NCBI GenBank assembly: GCA_049366815.1 | Contig: JBMNCO010000161.1 | Coordinates: 14,658-78,657 of the forward strand | Source: Desulfatiglandales bacterium | GTDB taxonomy: Bacteria > Desulfobacterota > DSM-4660 > Desulfatiglandales > HGW-15 | Reading direction: 5' to 3' | Length of the DNA: 64,000 nt | Part shown: piece by piece, positions 60,653 to 64,000 of the stretch | Position numbering within the stretch: the first letter of the stretch is position 1 | How the letters are laid out: every line of letters begins with the position of its first letter | Translations under genes and position numbers: made by a program | Notes under the pieces: model-generated | Database searches by the model: none | What the model saw: only the letters and a program-made list of their open reading frames with translations | What the model was told of the DNA's origin: nothing

Positions 60653-60806
60653 CTACCAAGATGTTAAACGGGACGCAGGCTTCAGAGCGGCCTTCCGCCG
60701 CGACCTCTTGGCAATCCCTAACGGCCTCCGGTGCACTGGTCTGATTCAGGCATCGCTTCCCGCCCTTTCTCGCAGCGAAAGACACCGTTTGTGACGGGCC
60801 TTTCCA

Positions 60807-62216
60807 TCATCTTCGAATAACCTCAAGCTTTGCCCACAGTGCCTGGACTTGCCGTCTTGTTTCATCAAGGGATTTGTCATTATAAATAAGAAAATCGGCA
60901 TAACCGATCTTTTCATCTATGGGCATTTGCGCTGCAAGTATCTTTTCGGCCTTTTCTTCAGTGATATTGTCACGTTTCATAAGACGCTCTATCTGTACTT
61001 CCCTTGGAACGTAGACAAGGAGTGTCTTATGACAACGGTACTGGCTATTAAATTCTATCAAAAGGGGGCTCACAACCAGGATGACAGCATCAGGGTCGCA
61101 TGACGTTATCTCTTCGATCTTACCAATAAACAATTCTATTATTCTCGGATGCGTAATGCCTTCGAGTTTTTTCCTTTTCTGGATATCCCTGAAAACTATG
61201 TCTGATATTTTTTTTCTATCCAGATTTTTGTCCTTCTGAAGCACCTGTTTTCCAAAATATTCCACAATATCCTGCCAGGCAGGTTGACCCGGTTCAACGA
61301 TCTCCCTTGAGAGCACGTCAAAATCAATGATATATGCTCCCATATCCACCAACATATTTGCCACAGTAGACTTACCGCTTGCGATACCCCCGGTTACCCC
61401 AAGCAACAGCCGGTTATCCTTTCCGCGGATCTTTTCCACCTCTTCCAGTCCCTTAAATACAACAGGATAGGACGCGGAAAGATCAAGCTCCGCCCCTGCA
61501 TAACTTACCGGATAACGGATGCCTCGTTTATAAAGAGTCTCCAGTCCGTAAAGCGCCCTTTCCATCATGTCACAGGGTATGGCGATCACGAGGTCTTCGT
61601 CCCTCGCATGTCCGTAACGGCGTTCACCATAGCAAGGGATCGTGACCGAGGGTTTACCCGTTAGATAGCACCTTGCAATGGCGTCTGAGCAGGACGACTC
61701 TCCTACACATGAAAAACTCATCGCTTCATAGGCTTCGAACTGCAGGGCGTTTATAAGCATCATAACCTGTGCGGGATTTGCATAGATCAGCACGATATCC
61801 GGTCTGAAGGGATTATAGACAAGTGGGGCGATGGCCACCGCCTCATATTTATCAAGAGGGAGACGCTGGATGGATTCTTCAAACTTTTTTCCATCTTCCC
61901 TGCTCTTGGTCCAGAGCATGCTCCGCACCGTTCCGTCTTTATAGATCTCGGGCAGATCCGTAAAACCCAGGATAGAAGCACATTCAATATTTGAAAAATC
62001 TTGTTTCTGAGCACCCACCGTCCAATCAAAATCCCTTACAAGCGTGATGAGCTGGCAAAGCGTGACCTTATGCTCCGCCCTTCTCATAAAGGGAATCTTC
62101 TCCAAATCGACCTTGTTATCAAGCATCTTAAATGCCACGGGAAATGACTTGAGCCTCAGCAGAGTCTCCATCCTCCTTACGATCTTTTCCCAATCCGGTT
62201 GTTTATCCCCTTGCAT
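60807..62216 (-). CDS. Fusion protein: DUF169-like N-terminal domain plus dephospho-CoA kinase (CoaE)
   Basis: The N-terminal ~265 aa are DUF169-like: FPVAFKML ... TLCQLITLVRDFDWTVGA ... IECASILGF ... SCVGESSCSDAI. The C-terminal ~200 aa have GVTGGIASGKSTVA (P-loop), IDFDVLSREIVEPGQPAW, HPRI and PLLIE, which is the CoaE layout. Confidence 0.8.
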   Translation of the reverse strand: MQGDKQPDWEKIVRRMETLLRLKSFPVAFKMLDNKVDLEKIPFMRRAEHKVTLCQLITLVRDFDWTVGAQKQDFSNIECASILGFTDLPEIYKDGTVRSMLWTKSREDGKKFEESIQRLPLDKYEAVAIAPLVYNPFRPDIVLIYANPAQVMMLINALQFEAYEAMSFSCVGESSCSDAIARCYLTGKPSVTIPCYGERRYGHARDEDLVIAIPCDMMERALYGLETLYKRGIRYPVSYAGAELDLSASYPVVFKGLEEVEKIRGKDNRLLLGVTGGIASGKSTVANMLVDMGAYIIDFDVLSREIVEPGQPAWQDIVEYFGKQVLQKDKNLDRKKISDIVFRDIQKRKKLEGITHPRIIELFIGKIEEITSCDPDAVILVVSPLLIEFNSQYRCHKTLLVYVPREVQIERLMKRDNITEEKAEKILAAQMPIDEKIGYADFLIYNDKSLDETRRQVQALWAKLEVIRR

Positions 62217-63375
62217 GATATCCTTTTTTTTTCTCCTTTAGATAGGCGATGGCTGAGCAATCCGATTCATGCAACGCCTCTATGAGATCTTTTTCGTCTG
62301 AAATCTTCCTTTGAAAAACGGTAGCGTAGTACCCGACTTCACCCGATCCATGGGCATCACTTCCTCCCGTTTCAGGGAATCCCAGACCTGCGGCGACATC
62401 AGAAGCAAAACGGTTTTCCTCATCCGTTACCTTTCCGTTCATGACCTCCAGTGCATCGACATACTGGAAGATCGTCCGCCCTTTCGCCTCTTCAAAAGTT
62501 AAACCCAATTTACTTACACCAAACATCAAAAATCCCCTGAACGGATGTGCAGCGATCATAAATCCACCGGCTTCATAAACTTCCGTCCGAAGATCCTTCA
62601 GGCCTATAATCCCCTGAATATCCTTATCCAGACCAAAAACAAGCACATCCCCTTGATCAGTGGTAATCTCATTCCCCCCCAACACGAGAAAGCCGTGCTT
62701 CTGTCTCAGGTCTTCGATCACTCTGCGGTCCCACAAATAATTATGATCGGTCAGGCATATACCGTCAAGCCCAAGCATCTTTGCTTCTCTTATCAAATCC
62801 TCAGCGCTCACGGAGCTGCATGGTGATGCCGGAAAGGAGTGCGTATGGAGATCAATGACGATCCCGCGGGGGCTGTCAGAATTTCTTTTTTCTGTAAGAC
62901 TTTGCAGGCCCACCCGTTTTGTCGGACCGTCACAGTCATCAGCCATTCTTGGAGGTTTTTCAAGCGATCGTCCCAAAAGGGCTGTTTCTTGTTCCTTTTC
63001 AATACGGTAAAGACCTGCATCTCTCTTTTGAATCAGTTGTCTGGCCTCTTCTGCAGCGTGACAACATTCAAGCAAGAGATTTGCAAAATGTCTGCATGAG
63101 CTTCTCCCGACATCTTTGTGTATCTTTTGTGAAAAACCCTTCTCCGCAATGGATAATCCGATGGCCTTTCTGAGAGGTGGGATCGCCCTGGGACACTCTT
63201 TTGTGGTCCACCTGTTCCATTTTCCTTTTATATCCTTGATCTGAAGTCCATCGATGCTGATAAAGACATCCATTTCCAGGCTATATATATCATCGTCTAA
63301 TATGCCGTGAACCAGCAATGTATCGACATCCTGGACCTTTACACTGACAAGTTTGTTACGAGTAAAACCAGACAT
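62203..63375 (-). CDS. DUF2889-like N-terminal domain fused to a PHP-family phosphoesterase domain
   Basis: PHP motifs DLHTHS, LTDHN, AAHPF, GGSDAH. The N-terminal ~120 aa have KECPRAIPPLRKAIGLSI ... SSCRHFANLLLECC (DUF2889-like, tentative). The gene overlaps the downstream gene by 14 nt. Confidence 0.7.
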   Translation of the reverse strand: MSGFTRNKLVSVKVQDVDTLLVHGILDDDIYSLEMDVFISIDGLQIKDIKGKWNRWTTKECPRAIPPLRKAIGLSIAEKGFSQKIHKDVGRSSCRHFANLLLECCHAAEEARQLIQKRDAGLYRIEKEQETALLGRSLEKPPRMADDCDGPTKRVGLQSLTEKRNSDSPRGIVIDLHTHSFPASPCSSVSAEDLIREAKMLGLDGICLTDHNYLWDRRVIEDLRQKHGFLVLGGNEITTDQGDVLVFGLDKDIQGIIGLKDLRTEVYEAGGFMIAAHPFRGFLMFGVSKLGLTFEEAKGRTIFQYVDALEVMNGKVTDEENRFASDVAAGLGFPETGGSDAHGSGEVGYYATVFQRKISDEKDLIEALHESDCSAIAYLKEKKKGYHARG

Positions 63376-63424
63376 TTTTCATCCTATCGATGACAGAATC
63401 CAAAGGCGGTGTGCGTGATAAAAC

Positions 63425-63925
63425 TCAGGTTTTCACAATACCTTCGACAAACGGGCTGCCTGGTGCAAATGCAGCACACCGGTTAAACAGGTTGAGGTTA
63501 CCCTTGACCATGTTATTGTAATAGATCCGCTCCTCATCTTCATCAAGAGGGACCTTCTCAAGATCATCCCTGGTAAAATAGAGAATGACCCCCTGACAGC
63601 ATTCCTCAACCATGAAGGCCAAGGGCTTGAGTCTGTTCTCATGCCCGATAAGTCCCTTGATGATCTTCAGCACGCCTGGACCGATACGCACCCCAATGAC
63701 TTTTTCAAGGCGCAACATCTCTTGTGAACCCGGCCTCAAGCCTTCCCTTTCGGATTCCGCCTCGATTTTCGATATCTCGAGGTCCGGCAGTTTCACCAGG
63801 ATTTGAACACTGCAATCGGTTAGGGTATCCTGGAGACGACAAGATGCCTTCAAGATATGTTCATCGATCTGCTCCACCTTCGTGCAACGATTTCTGGAAA
63901 AACACAACATACGATCCGGATTCAT
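63425..63925 (-). CDS. Small DUF2889-like protein (tentative)
   Basis: 166 aa. Its layout parallels the N-terminal domain of the next gene: VIGVRIGPGVLKIIKGLIG ... LAFMVEECCQGVIL. Confidence 0.45.
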   Translation of the reverse strand: MNPDRMLCFSRNRCTKVEQIDEHILKASCRLQDTLTDCSVQILVKLPDLEISKIEAESEREGLRPGSQEMLRLEKVIGVRIGPGVLKIIKGLIGHENRLKPLAFMVEECCQGVILYFTRDDLEKVPLDEDEERIYYNNMVKGNLNLFNRCAAFAPGSPFVEGIVKT

Positions 63926-64000
63926 GTAAGAATTTCACCCTTTCCAATAACTGTGTGGAAATCATGATTTCCTTTCGAATTTTTCACAGGGCTTGGGTGT

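Overview
This 64-kb segment is about 50% G+C by eye. Its gene content suggests an anaerobic Desulfobacterota/Syntrophia-type chromosome: EtfAB plus membrane FeS-oxidoreductase cassettes, a sigma-54 activator, a PEP-CTERM-like protein and many PAS/GAF kinases. That taxonomic placement is inference only. About 45 protein-coding genes are supportable. I saw no rRNA, tRNA, CRISPR array or intact transposase. The ORF track uses alternative start codons, so I trimmed N-termini wherever an ATG/GTG with a Shine-Dalgarno sequence was visible.

Gene content, left to right:
- Two tandem paralogous PAS/GAF histidine kinases, followed on the opposite strand by a third histidine kinase whose stop region overlaps an enolase-superfamily gene.
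- An LpxL-like acyltransferase and an NtrC-type regulator.
- Two secreted proteins that share a C-terminal module.
- A Hanks kinase plus a degenerate-GGDEF protein, then GtrA and a GT9 glycosyltransferase.
- A glycine-zipper lipoprotein, an AT-rich island, and an LTD/PEP-CTERM-like protein.
- An MFS transporter, a LysR regulator, an acyl-CoA ligase and a thioesterase.
- A cardiolipin synthase, a GcvT-SHMT fusion and an MCP.
- Two tandem TetR / FeS-oxidoreductase / EtfB / EtfA / ACAD cassettes.
- Cyclophilin, GroES/GroEL and a CysK-CysRS fusion.
- A minus-strand run of poorly characterised genes: DUF2889, DUF2889-PHP, DUF169-CoaE and two orphans.

The most notable observations:
1. A ~300-bp structured inverted-repeat element is present in 2.25 copies, with a compensatory base-pair change between copies. 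It is positioned at the boundaries of the duplicated Etf cassettes.
2. A cysteine synthase is fused to a CysRS whose HIGH and KMSKS motifs are both degenerate.
3. There are GcvT-SHMT and DUF169-CoaE fusions.
4. A conserved 5-Cys insertion sits in the ATPase domain of two paralogous kinases.
5. Two otherwise unrelated adjacent secreted proteins share a 165-aa C-terminal double module.

No single obvious novel system (for example a defence island) is evident. All functional claims are from motif recognition by eye, not database searches.
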